Assembly: GCA_963790475.1 (NCBI GenBank)
Contig: CAWBOS010000010.1
Span: 704,001-768,000 of the forward strand
DNA length: 64,000 bases
Source of the DNA: an uncultured delta proteobacterium
GTDB taxonomy: Bacteria; Desulfobacterota; RBG-13-43-22
Direction: 5' to 3'
The notes beneath the pieces were generated by a model, which was given only the letters and a program-made list of their open reading frames with translations, did not search any database and was not told where the DNA came from. Made by a program: the position numbers and the translations under genes. Shown here one piece after another: positions 9,656 through 18,694 of this stretch. Position 1 is the first letter of the stretch, and each line of letters opens with the position of its first letter.

Positions 9656-10359
9656 AACCTTATTATTCCCCGTTGAATGTCGCCCATCAGGATAAATACG
9701 ATGATAAACCAAGAATGGACATCATTGATCTGGTCCCTGGGTCCTGTGAACGTGTTTTGGAAATCGGATGCGGAACGGGGGCGACCGGGGCCTTTTTAAA
9801 AGCGAGAAATCCCGATCTTTATTATGTGGGAATGGAAATTGACGAAGATGCCGCTATGATAGCCAAAACAAGATTGGACGAAGCCATCGCGATCGATATT
9901 GAAAAGATCCATCCCGATCAATTCAAATTAGAAAAGGATTATTTTGATTTATTGATTGTCGCCGATGTATTGGAGCACCTTTACGATCCCTGGCGGATTA
10001 TGGATTTTCTCCGGTCTTTCATTAAAAGCCAAGGAAAGGTGCTTCTAAGTTTTCCCAATACCCAAAATATCAATCTGATTGCCAATCTGGTCCAGGGGCA
10101 CTGGACGTATGAAAAATATGGGTTGTTGGATGCCACCCATATCCGATTTTTCACCTGGAATGAAATAGAAAAACTTCTGCAAGGAACGGGATACCGGATT
10201 CTCCGGTCAGTCAGCCAGTTGCAATCCGGTTTGGATGGTCATCCCTATCCCTTGGAAATTTCCATCAACAATTTGGTTTTAAAAAACGTCAGCCGGGAAG
10301 AGGCTCAAAAGTTATTTACTTTTCAATACCTGGTGTTGGCAGAAAAAGCGATTCAATAA
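9652..10359 (+). CDS. class I SAM-dependent methyltransferase
   Basis: VLEIGCGTG, ADVLEHLYDP, GLLDATHIRFFT. Confidence 0.88.
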   Translation: MKPYYSPLNVAHQDKYDDKPRMDIIDLVPGSCERVLEIGCGTGATGAFLKARNPDLYYVGMEIDEDAAMIAKTRLDEAIAIDIEKIHPDQFKLEKDYFDLLIVADVLEHLYDPWRIMDFLRSFIKSQGKVLLSFPNTQNINLIANLVQGHWTYEKYGLLDATHIRFFTWNEIEKLLQGTGYRILRSVSQLQSGLDGHPYPLEISINNLVLKNVSREEAQKLFTFQYLVLAEKAIQ

Positions 10360-10369
10360 AGGATGTAAA

Positions 10370-11521
10370 ATGATTTACACCGTTTTACCATTAGGCAGTT
10401 TTCACGGATGGGGCATCTGCGGGAAATATATCATCAAGGAGCTGTCCCAGTGGGATAAGGTTTGTCTGGTGACCGAAGAAGTGAAAAGGGAATCCTTTGA
10501 GAATGAATTGGATTTCCGATTTTTTAGGGAACTGATGATGCCCAAAGAGGAATTTGATCTGGTCATGAAACCGAATAACACCTCTTTCCCGTATCCGGTT
10601 ATTCAAGCCATGAATAACCATAATTATTTGCCTAATCTACCCCAATTGAGGGGAAGTAAAAATATTGGATATACTTTTTTTGAGGACAATATCATCTCCA
10701 AGCAGAACATTGAAAATGCCGCCCGGTATTATGATGTGGTAGTCGCCGGATCTTCCTGGTGTGAAGAGATGTTACGTTTTTATGGACTTTCCAACGTCAC
10801 AACCATCATCCAGGGTATTGACCCCATGGTTTTTAATCCCAATCAAAAAGAGAAAGAGTATTTTAAAGATAAGTTTGTTCTGTTTTCCGGCGGTAAATTC
10901 GAACTCCGAAAAGGTCATGATATTGTCATCAAGGCCTATAAGGTATTGCAGGATCGACATCCCGATGTTTTGCTCATCACCGGTTGGTTCAACCAATGGC
11001 CGCAAAGCATAAATACCATGGCCGGTTCCCCTTATCTGAACTTTCAAATGATCTCAGACAATTTTTTTGATTTGATTACTCGAGTACTTGTAGATAACGG
11101 AATTGATTTAAGCCGGGTGATCAATTTGCCGGCTTATCCCAATCTGATGATGCCGAGCATTTATAAAAACACCGACCTCGGTTTTTTCCCCAATCGCTGT
11201 GAAGGAGGGACCAATCTGGTTTTGATGGAATATATGGCCTGTGGGAAACCGGTTCTGGGATCATTCAATAGCGGCCATAAGGATATTTTGACGGGTAACA
11301 ACGCTGTACGGATCAATGAAATGGGTGTGTTGAAAGTCTCGGTTAATGGAAACGAGACGGCTGTGTGGGATGAACCTTTTCTTGATGAAACCATTGAAAA
11401 ATTAGATTGGGCTTATCAACACCGGGATGAAATAGGGGAATTAGGACGGCAAGCCGGAAAAGACCTAGCGACTAAGACCTGGGAACAGACCGGCAAACAA
11501 TTTTATGAACTAGTAAAATGA
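10370..11521 (+). CDS. glycosyltransferase family 4
   Basis: RKGHD and EGGTNLVLMEYMACGKPV (EX7E-like) motifs. Confidence 0.85.
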   Translation: MIYTVLPLGSFHGWGICGKYIIKELSQWDKVCLVTEEVKRESFENELDFRFFRELMMPKEEFDLVMKPNNTSFPYPVIQAMNNHNYLPNLPQLRGSKNIGYTFFEDNIISKQNIENAARYYDVVVAGSSWCEEMLRFYGLSNVTTIIQGIDPMVFNPNQKEKEYFKDKFVLFSGGKFELRKGHDIVIKAYKVLQDRHPDVLLITGWFNQWPQSINTMAGSPYLNFQMISDNFFDLITRVLVDNGIDLSRVINLPAYPNLMMPSIYKNTDLGFFPNRCEGGTNLVLMEYMACGKPVLGSFNSGHKDILTGNNAVRINEMGVLKVSVNGNETAVWDEPFLDETIEKLDWAYQHRDEIGELGRQAGKDLATKTWEQTGKQFYELVK

Positions 11522-11555
11522 ACAGGCTTTTAGAATAGTTAGGTAAAGGAATCCA

Positions 11556-12668
11556 ATGATGGAAAACGAGATACGGACCAGGGGCCATTCTGAGCAGAGT
11601 TTGTCGGTCGATTCATTAAGGTTTTACGAGAACTATTGGCAGGAGGCTCAGGACATCTCGGCTGCTACCAATTCAAAGAATAAGGCGGTCTTGAAACATT
11701 TTTTCCCAGGAAAAATAAATAATAAAAAAATACTTGAAATCGGGGTTGGCGGGGAAGGGGGAATGATCCTGTCCTTGAAAAATGAAAATACCGTTTACGG
11801 AATCGATGCTTCTTCTTCCGCCCAAAGGAACTGTGAACGTCTTAGTCTTAAAATTGATATTGTCAATGTGGATACGCAAGGGGTCCCTTTCGAGGATAAC
11901 ACTTTTGATATTGTGTTTGCCTTTGAAGTGTTTGAACATTTTGCCAATCCGCAATTCGTTGCTGAAGAAATTAAGAGGGTAATGAAGCAGAAAGGCGTTT
12001 TACTGTTAAGCACCCCGAATCCCTTCATCCATCATTGGCCGAGGTTGTTCTATCCCGGGTTGTTTGAAGAGCAGGCCTTCAGGGAATTTCTCATGATCAA
12101 TGAATTTAAAATTACCTCTAGAGATACTCTGGGGGTGAATATGTATCACCCTATCTTGAAAGACCCCCGCGCCAAGGCCTTTATGTGGTTTTGGCATTGC
12201 ATGAAAATCGATAGAGACCCCGCTCTGTTTTTTACTTACGGGTTATATTTTTGGGAACAAAGCAATCGGGACGGCATTAAAACCAGACCCATCGAATCGA
12301 TCGAGATGTTTAGAAAGAGCCTGGAATGCGGTGGCCAAGACAATATTAAGGCCAGATTTTTCCTCGCTTTGTCTCTGCTTTACCGGTATGTTTACAAAGA
12401 AACCGAAGAGTTCATGAAACATGCCGAATGGTTTTTGGATAATGCCCAATGTGATCAATATCCACTTAATATGAAATGCATTTTTGCCGTGTTGCTGCTA
12501 AATTATGAAACAAAAAAGTTTGGGTTTGAGATCGTAGATAGCGCATCCTGTACCTCCATACTGCAGGGTCTTCAAAGTTTTCCGGGTTCCGAGACCGGCA
12601 TTACTCTCTTTAATAACTTGAAAAATGGGCCTCCCGACTACCGGAGCATTATACGTTTTCTGGAATAA
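11556..12668 (+). CDS. SAM-dependent methyltransferase with helical C-terminal extension
   Basis: ILEIGVGGEG, PFEDNTFDIVFAFEVFEH. Confidence 0.8.
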   Translation: MMENEIRTRGHSEQSLSVDSLRFYENYWQEAQDISAATNSKNKAVLKHFFPGKINNKKILEIGVGGEGGMILSLKNENTVYGIDASSSAQRNCERLSLKIDIVNVDTQGVPFEDNTFDIVFAFEVFEHFANPQFVAEEIKRVMKQKGVLLLSTPNPFIHHWPRLFYPGLFEEQAFREFLMINEFKITSRDTLGVNMYHPILKDPRAKAFMWFWHCMKIDRDPALFFTYGLYFWEQSNRDGIKTRPIESIEMFRKSLECGGQDNIKARFFLALSLLYRYVYKETEEFMKHAEWFLDNAQCDQYPLNMKCIFAVLLLNYETKKFGFEIVDSASCTSILQGLQSFPGSETGITLFNNLKNGPPDYRSIIRFLE

Positions 12669-14533
12669 TGCAAAATCATGAGCAAATACAAACGGCCTTA
12701 GCCTATTACCAATCCGGGGCTTTCCAGAAAAGCCTAATCCTCTGCCAAGAGATCCTACAGAAAAACCCCAATAATATTGAAGCCCTTAATCTCTCGGGAC
12801 TATCCAGGCAAGGACGGCAGGAATACGATCTTTCCATCTCCTGCTTTGAAAAGATTGTTCTACTTTCTCCCGATAAGGCCTTGGGTTATTTTAACCTGGC
12901 CAATTCCTATCATGCCTTAAAAAAATTAAATGAGGCTGATTTGAATTATCAAATGGCCGCGGGCCGGGATTCAAAAGATGATCGCATCTATAACAATTGG
13001 GGAATAGTCTTGAGGGATAAGGGAGCTTTGGATCAAGCGGTTACCCGTTTTCAGAAAGCGATACAACTCAATCCTGATAATGCCAACGCCTATCATAATC
13101 TTGGAAATGTCCTGGCCGACCTGGGAAGGTTAGAGGGGGCGATTCGTTGTTTTCAAAAAGCCGTTCAAATCAATCCTTCCAATGCCGTCCATTATAAATG
13201 CTTGGGAAATGCTTTGCGAGAAAAAGGAGAACTTGATGAGAGTCTTGAACTATTACAGCAGGCTCTTGACCGATTCCCTGATGATCCTGAAACCTTTTAT
13301 AGCCTAGGGGCGGTATTAAAAACCAAGGGACGATTAGATGAGGCCGTGGTCTGTTATGAAAAAGCGATAAGACTCAACCCGGGACTTCCCCAAACCTATT
13401 ATAATCTGGGAAATCTTTTTAAAGCGAAAAGGCTATTTGAAGCGGCGAAAGAGCAGTTTCAAAAAGCACTTCAATTGGATCCAAGATTCGCTGAAGCTTA
13501 CAATAATTTGGGGGCCACCCTCAAAGAAACAGGAGCTATAAATGATGCCCTGGTAATGTATCGAAAGGCCCTGGAAATAAATCCCAATTTTCCCGAGGCC
13601 AGGTGGAATATGGGTTTGACCTTTTTACTTTCAGGCAAATTGATTGAAGGCTGGGAAGGGTATGAATACCGCTGGGAGAAACCCGATTATATAAAATATA
13701 AAAGACAATTCTTGAAACCAATGTGGCAGGGAGAAAAGCTCTCAGGAAAAAGAATACTTCTTCATGCCGAACAAGGATACGGTGATACCCTTCAAGTTAT
13801 TCGCTATGTCCCTTTATTGGTTTCAGAAAACGTCGAGGTTTTTGTCGAATGTCCTCGTGACTTAAAAAGCTTAATCAGCCGTTCCAACGGAATAAGCCGA
13901 GTTATTGCCCGCGGTGAACCGCTTCCAGAATTCGATATCCATTGTCCATTGATGACCTTGCCTAAAATCTTTGGTACCACGCTTGAGAGTATCCCCCAAA
14001 CCATTCCTTATCTCAGCGTTGATAAGGATTTGGTAAGGGCTTGGCAGTTACGCCTAAACTCTGAGGCAAAGAAATGGAAAGTGGGTTTGGTCTGGGCTGG
14101 AAATCCGGAACATCTCAATGATCGTAATCGTTCCTGCTCTCTTGAAATTCTGTCCCCTCTGCTCCAGATCAAAAATGTGCAATTTTTCAGTCTGCAAAAA
14201 GGACGGGGGTCCGAAAAAGATGACCGGTCCTCCAGGGACCTGGGCCTGTTTGATTTAACTGCCTATATCCGGGACTTCTCAGATACCGCAGCCTTGATAA
14301 AAAATTTAGATTTAGTGGTTTCCGTGGATACAGCGGTGGCCCATTTAGCCGGGGCAATTGGAAAAAGGGTTTGGACCTTATTGCCCTATAACCCCGATTG
14401 GCGTTGGTTACTGGAGCGGAAAGATAGCCCTTGGTACCCGACCATGTGTTTGTATCGGCAGTCAACTCCCGGAGATTGGATGGGCGTTATTCAAAGGGTA
14501 AAGGAGGATCTTTCGGTTTTAGTTGCTGATTGA
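12668..14533 (+). CDS. TPR-repeat glycosyltransferase (GT9-like), paralog 3
   Basis: TPRs plus AEQGYGDTLQV / SVDTAVAHLAGAIG / SPWYPTM. Confidence 0.88.
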   Translation: MQNHEQIQTALAYYQSGAFQKSLILCQEILQKNPNNIEALNLSGLSRQGRQEYDLSISCFEKIVLLSPDKALGYFNLANSYHALKKLNEADLNYQMAAGRDSKDDRIYNNWGIVLRDKGALDQAVTRFQKAIQLNPDNANAYHNLGNVLADLGRLEGAIRCFQKAVQINPSNAVHYKCLGNALREKGELDESLELLQQALDRFPDDPETFYSLGAVLKTKGRLDEAVVCYEKAIRLNPGLPQTYYNLGNLFKAKRLFEAAKEQFQKALQLDPRFAEAYNNLGATLKETGAINDALVMYRKALEINPNFPEARWNMGLTFLLSGKLIEGWEGYEYRWEKPDYIKYKRQFLKPMWQGEKLSGKRILLHAEQGYGDTLQVIRYVPLLVSENVEVFVECPRDLKSLISRSNGISRVIARGEPLPEFDIHCPLMTLPKIFGTTLESIPQTIPYLSVDKDLVRAWQLRLNSEAKKWKVGLVWAGNPEHLNDRNRSCSLEILSPLLQIKNVQFFSLQKGRGSEKDDRSSRDLGLFDLTAYIRDFSDTAALIKNLDLVVSVDTAVAHLAGAIGKRVWTLLPYNPDWRWLLERKDSPWYPTMCLYRQSTPGDWMGVIQRVKEDLSVLVAD

Positions 14534-14628
14534 AAATAATCGCATCATTCATTATTTGGTTTTAAACAAAGACTCTCTGATCTTCAACAACGAGATTTTT
14601 TTCAATTATTTTGAGACGATTATTGGCC

Positions 14629-15597
14629 TCAAGCTAATGAATCAAGAAACTCCTGAGCGGTTAGATTCCAGGGTTCAATATTGAGGATTCGTTCATAAAA
14701 AACGCGTGCATCCTCAAATCTTTCCAACTGAAGACAAATATAGCCAATGGCAAATAGGGTTTCCAGATCTGATGGATTCTTTTTGAGAACCTCGAGATAT
14801 ATAGTTAAGGCCTTTTCAATTTGACCCATTTCAACTAAATATAAATCGGCCAGGTTTTTTCGAAAGTTAAGGTTGTTCGGCTCTAATTGGACTGCTTTCT
14901 GATAATAATCAAGGCTTTTTACTGTATCCCCCTGCTGGAAATGAAGCACACCCAGGTTATTATAGGCCAAGGCATCGTCCGGGAAGCGCGAGACCAAATC
15001 ATTCAGTAGTTCCTTGGCTTCATCCTGTTTGTTGGATTTCAGATAGGCCTGCACCTTTTGATATATAGATTCCGAGGATTCCTGAGCAACCGTCAGTTGG
15101 TTTGTTTCCGGTATAGAAATTGATTCCAAAGTCTTCCAAGCTGTTTCATTCCAAGGTTCAATATCAAGAACCTTATTTAAAAAAACAGCGGCATCATCTA
15201 ATTTGTCGAGGGATAAACATATTTGTCCAATAGTTAGTAAGGTTTCTATATCTTGGGGGTTTTCCGCTAATATCCGGGTATAGATTGACAAGGATTTTTC
15301 AATATCGCCGATTTCCACCAGATAATAATCAGCGATATTTTTTTGGAAGGTCACATTGTCAGGATTAAGTGAATTGGCTTTCTCATAATGGAGAAAGGCC
15401 TTTCCCTTGTCTCCCATTTCGTAATAGAGGACCCCTAAATCATTATGGGCTTGGGCAAAGTCGGGATATTTTTCTGCCAACTCTGACATGGCTGTAATAG
15501 CCAAATCTTGTTGGCCGTTATGAATTAACGGTTGGATATTCTGATAAGCATCTTGAATTTCGTTATTTTCTAATTTTGCCGTATCTAATTGAGACAT
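14629..15597 (-). CDS. TPR-repeat protein with an internal duplication
   Basis: two copies of a (A.N.LGVL ... KN.AD.YLVE.G.IEK.L.IY ... IEPWN) module; GGAGG RBS before ATG at 15597. Confidence 0.85.
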   Translation of the reverse strand: MSQLDTAKLENNEIQDAYQNIQPLIHNGQQDLAITAMSELAEKYPDFAQAHNDLGVLYYEMGDKGKAFLHYEKANSLNPDNVTFQKNIADYYLVEIGDIEKSLSIYTRILAENPQDIETLLTIGQICLSLDKLDDAAVFLNKVLDIEPWNETAWKTLESISIPETNQLTVAQESSESIYQKVQAYLKSNKQDEAKELLNDLVSRFPDDALAYNNLGVLHFQQGDTVKSLDYYQKAVQLEPNNLNFRKNLADLYLVEMGQIEKALTIYLEVLKKNPSDLETLFAIGYICLQLERFEDARVFYERILNIEPWNLTAQEFLDSLA

Positions 15598-15637
15598 ATG
15601 GCCTCCAATTGAATTCAAATTTTTCTATTTTATTTCA

Positions 15638-15654
15638 TGCATTTTCCATGCCGA
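15638..15654 (-). promoter_or_regulatory. putative sigma54 promoter
   Basis: CGGCATGGAAAATGCA (GG-N10-GC) on the minus strand. Confidence 0.55.
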
Positions 15655-15759
15655 TATTTAAAATTAGTTAGATATGACGAAGAAAACGGAAAAAATGCGT
15701 TGGGAGTCAAGCAGAAATAATATTTTATAACTAATATAAATCATTTGGAAATTAATTTA

Positions 15760-16956
15760 TTAAAAGGAAGATAAGGCAAACCCGTCGTATTCATCCCCTG
15801 AAGAGTCGATCATATGACCGCTGACATCGGTTCCTTTAAATTTGAATACCCAATGTGACGGATCTATGACGCTATCCCCGGTAGAATTCTGGGAGATATT
15901 GAAAAAAATCGTGGCCTGATAGGTCTTGGGATCATAGGCCACATTCAATGGAATAGGAGATATCATGGCCTCTTTTTCGGGGTGAATGGTGACTCCATTA
16001 TTATAATACCCAGCTTGGCCACCAGAGGCCTTAAAAATAAACCAGTTAAGGGGATTTTGGATGGAACTGATATCCATGGCCTGGTTGAATTGAAAAGTCA
16101 ACCAGAACGTTTTTGACTGGTTTGGCGTTATCAGAGAGGCATCAAGGACAGAGACTGAGGTGCCAGGCCCAAGAACACACGGAAAAGTGCTGTCAAGGGC
16201 CTTGATGCCAGACATCTTGGGGGTAAAAAGGGTCAGTTCCAGGTCCTGGGCCAGCCCATTGGCCTGATCGGTATTCATGTTACTGAGGATCTTTACTTGT
16301 TCCTCAGCTTTGGCCTTGTCCCCCAGTCCGATATAGGCGTAACCGAGTTCCAAATGGGCATAGGCGAAGTCTTTCTTTAAGGATATGGCTTCTTCAAGTT
16401 GGTCCACCGCCTCTTTATATTTTCCCTGTTTATTATAAACTTGTCCCAATCCATAATAACCATTACCGTCTTTTGGGGCCAGTTTGATTACCTCCTTGAA
16501 TTGCTCTTCTGCTGTATCATAACGGTTGGTGGTCAAATAAATAAGTCCAAGGGAATTATGGGGGTAAGCTGAGGCAGGGGATACCTGGGCTAATTTTTTG
16601 AATTGATTTTCTGCCTCGTCGTATTGTTTGGCCTCGCTGTAGGCATTCCCTAAATCGGTGATTAGCTTTTCTGAAGAGGAGTTCGCTCGTACGCCTTGTT
16701 TAAAGGCTTTAATCGCTTCGTCAGTATTCCCGTTCGTTTGATAGGCTTTCCCGAGGTACTCATAGGCCTCGGGTAAATTCGGATTAAAAGCAGCGGCCCG
16801 TTTAAATTCACTGATTGCCCGGTCGTATTTCTTTTCCTGCAAAAGAGATAACCCGTTGGCCAAAGCATAACTAGCAACCTGCTCGCGTTGGGCTTGCTGG
16901 TTGGAAAGTATGGAAGCCAGATTATCAGCCGAGGCATTTAATTGAGATATATCCAT
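15760..16956 (-). CDS. TPR-repeat protein with a beta-rich C-terminal domain
   Basis: about six TPRs, then an Ig-like-looking LTFQFNQAMDISSI region. Confidence 0.8.
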   Translation of the reverse strand: MDISQLNASADNLASILSNQQAQREQVASYALANGLSLLQEKKYDRAISEFKRAAAFNPNLPEAYEYLGKAYQTNGNTDEAIKAFKQGVRANSSSEKLITDLGNAYSEAKQYDEAENQFKKLAQVSPASAYPHNSLGLIYLTTNRYDTAEEQFKEVIKLAPKDGNGYYGLGQVYNKQGKYKEAVDQLEEAISLKKDFAYAHLELGYAYIGLGDKAKAEEQVKILSNMNTDQANGLAQDLELTLFTPKMSGIKALDSTFPCVLGPGTSVSVLDASLITPNQSKTFWLTFQFNQAMDISSIQNPLNWFIFKASGGQAGYYNNGVTIHPEKEAMISPIPLNVAYDPKTYQATIFFNISQNSTGDSVIDPSHWVFKFKGTDVSGHMIDSSGDEYDGFALSSF

Positions 16957-17005
16957 GAGTTCTATAAATGAAAATCAGAATCTGTCTTTAAGGCTTTCTG
17001 TTTTA

Positions 17006-17032
17006 TATTCGGACGTTTTACGAAAAACTTTA
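17006..17032 (-). promoter_or_regulatory. sigma28 promoter
   Basis: TAAA-N15-TCCGAATA on the minus strand, about 50 nt before the TPR gene. Confidence 0.7.
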
Positions 17033-17110
17033 ATAGAAATAATAAATAAAATCGGATACTATTCCTGAAATTCGATTGAAAAAGATCCCTCTCTTTATCC
17101 TGGAAAGGGT

Positions 17111-17854
17111 GTGTTAGGAAGGACAATCGTGGTAAGAAAATTTTTCCTGTTAATTGTCGCAGCAATTTTGGGTTATGTGGGTTTTTATTTTATTTTCCCT
17201 GATATCGCCAAATTGAAAAAGGAAAACCCCAAGAAAACCTCTTTCATGGAATTTCGGGAAAAAGAAGGACGGGAAAAAGGCAGGCCCCTGCAAATCAAGA
17301 CCCATTGGGTCCCTTTGTCCCGAATTTCCCCTTATCTGATCAAGGCGGTGATCATTGCCGAAGATGACAAATTCTGGTCCCATGAAGGGTTTGATTTCGA
17401 GGCCATTCAAAAGGCCATGGAAAAGGACATTAAAACTCGAAAATTTAAAGTGGGGGGAAGCACCATCAGCCAGCAACTGGCTAAGAATCTCTATTTGACC
17501 CCTTCCAAGAGCCTACTACGTAAGGGCAAAGAATCCATAATAACCTGGAGGATCGAGAAGACCCTGAGCAAAAAAAGGATCATTGAAATCTATTTGAATG
17601 TTGTCGAATGGGGGGAAGGAATATTCGGGATTGAGGCCGCTGCTCGTCATTATTTTGGAAAACCAGCAGCGACCTTGGGTCCGGAAGAAGCGGCCCGACT
17701 GGCCGTGATCCTTCCCAATCCGAGAAAGTTGAGTCCCATCGGAAATTCCCGCTACGTGGCCAAGCGAGCTGGGATGATCCAAAACATCATGGTTAAGAGG
17801 GGGATAATTATTCCGGCTTTTGAAGAAGTGATGGCTCCCGGAATCAGGGATTGA
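17111..17854 (+). CDS. mtgA: monofunctional biosynthetic peptidoglycan transglycosylase
   Basis: GT51 motifs AEDDKFWSHEGFD, GGSTISQQLAKNL, RKGKE, YLNVVEWG. Confidence 0.92.
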   Translation: MLGRTIVVRKFFLLIVAAILGYVGFYFIFPDIAKLKKENPKKTSFMEFREKEGREKGRPLQIKTHWVPLSRISPYLIKAVIIAEDDKFWSHEGFDFEAIQKAMEKDIKTRKFKVGGSTISQQLAKNLYLTPSKSLLRKGKESIITWRIEKTLSKKRIIEIYLNVVEWGEGIFGIEAAARHYFGKPAATLGPEEAARLAVILPNPRKLSPIGNSRYVAKRAGMIQNIMVKRGIIIPAFEEVMAPGIRD

Positions 17855-18077
17855 AAAAAGGAACGCTAGTGAAATTCTTCAAGAGGATAAAGAAGAACAG
17901 GCCTACTCCCCTTCCACTTCTGAATCCTCTAAAAGGTGGGGGGATGATGATGGGTTGGATTCCAAAAATTAAAATAAATCCCTTCAATTGAAATATGGAA
18001 TTTTAGATTTTGGAAAATTTGAAGGAAAACAGAATGAACATAATGTATATCTTATTGAAATAATTGTATTTAAATTG

Positions 18078-18094
18078 TCGGCACGAGAAATGCC
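18078..18094 (+). promoter_or_regulatory. putative sigma54 promoter with an upstream IHF-like site
   Basis: TCGGCACGAGAAATGC (GG-N10-GC); TATCTTATTGAAA near 18048-18060. Confidence 0.55.
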
Positions 18095-18179
18095 CTGAAA
18101 ATCGTAGCATAAGAAAATGGCACTTAAAAGCCTATAGAAATTTTTTGTAGGAGATTGTGAGGGAAGAAGATGAAATCAC

Positions 18180-18432
18180 ATGAAAAAGTTGATCATTTGG
18201 ACTATGTCTTTAGTATTTTGCTTTGACCGTTTCTTTGGCCTTTGCTGCTGAACCAATGAAAAAGGAAGAAAAGAAACCTGAGGCCAAACCTGCAATGACT
18301 GCTCCGGCAGAACCAGCTAAGGCTGAAGAGAAGGCCCCGGCTGAAAAGAAGGTCATGAAGAAGAAGGTCAAGAAGGTCAAGAGAGTGAAGAAAAAAGAAA
18401 AGAAGAAAAGAAATAATTTCTCTTTTATTTAA
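18180..18432 (+). CDS. small exported Lys/Ala/Pro/Glu-rich protein (apparent +1 indel in the signal peptide)
   Basis: MKKLIIWTMSLVF joins ALTVSLAFAAEPMKKEEKK if one T is removed from a T-run. Confidence 0.65.
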
Positions 18433-18477
18433 AACAAAAAGGTGGAACGGGATACTCTGATTCCACCTTTTTGTTTT
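18431..18477 (+). terminator. intrinsic (probably bidirectional) terminator
   Basis: AAACAAAAAGGTGGAA ... TTCCACCTTTTTGTTTT. Confidence 0.7.
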
Positions 18478-18694
18478 CAACCCAATGCTTCCCGCCCGTC
18501 TCTCATAATATCCCTTGAAAACCAAAACGAACCTGTGCTAAGACAGGAGTCATTCAGCCAAGAAAAATTTTCATATCGAAAAAAATCAGGAAAAAATTTC
18601 TTGCTTGATTAGGGCAATCTGAAAATTTAAATTGGTTTCGACGAACGATGAACACCGAACAATATTTCCAAATATTAGACGCTGAGAGGTAGGG

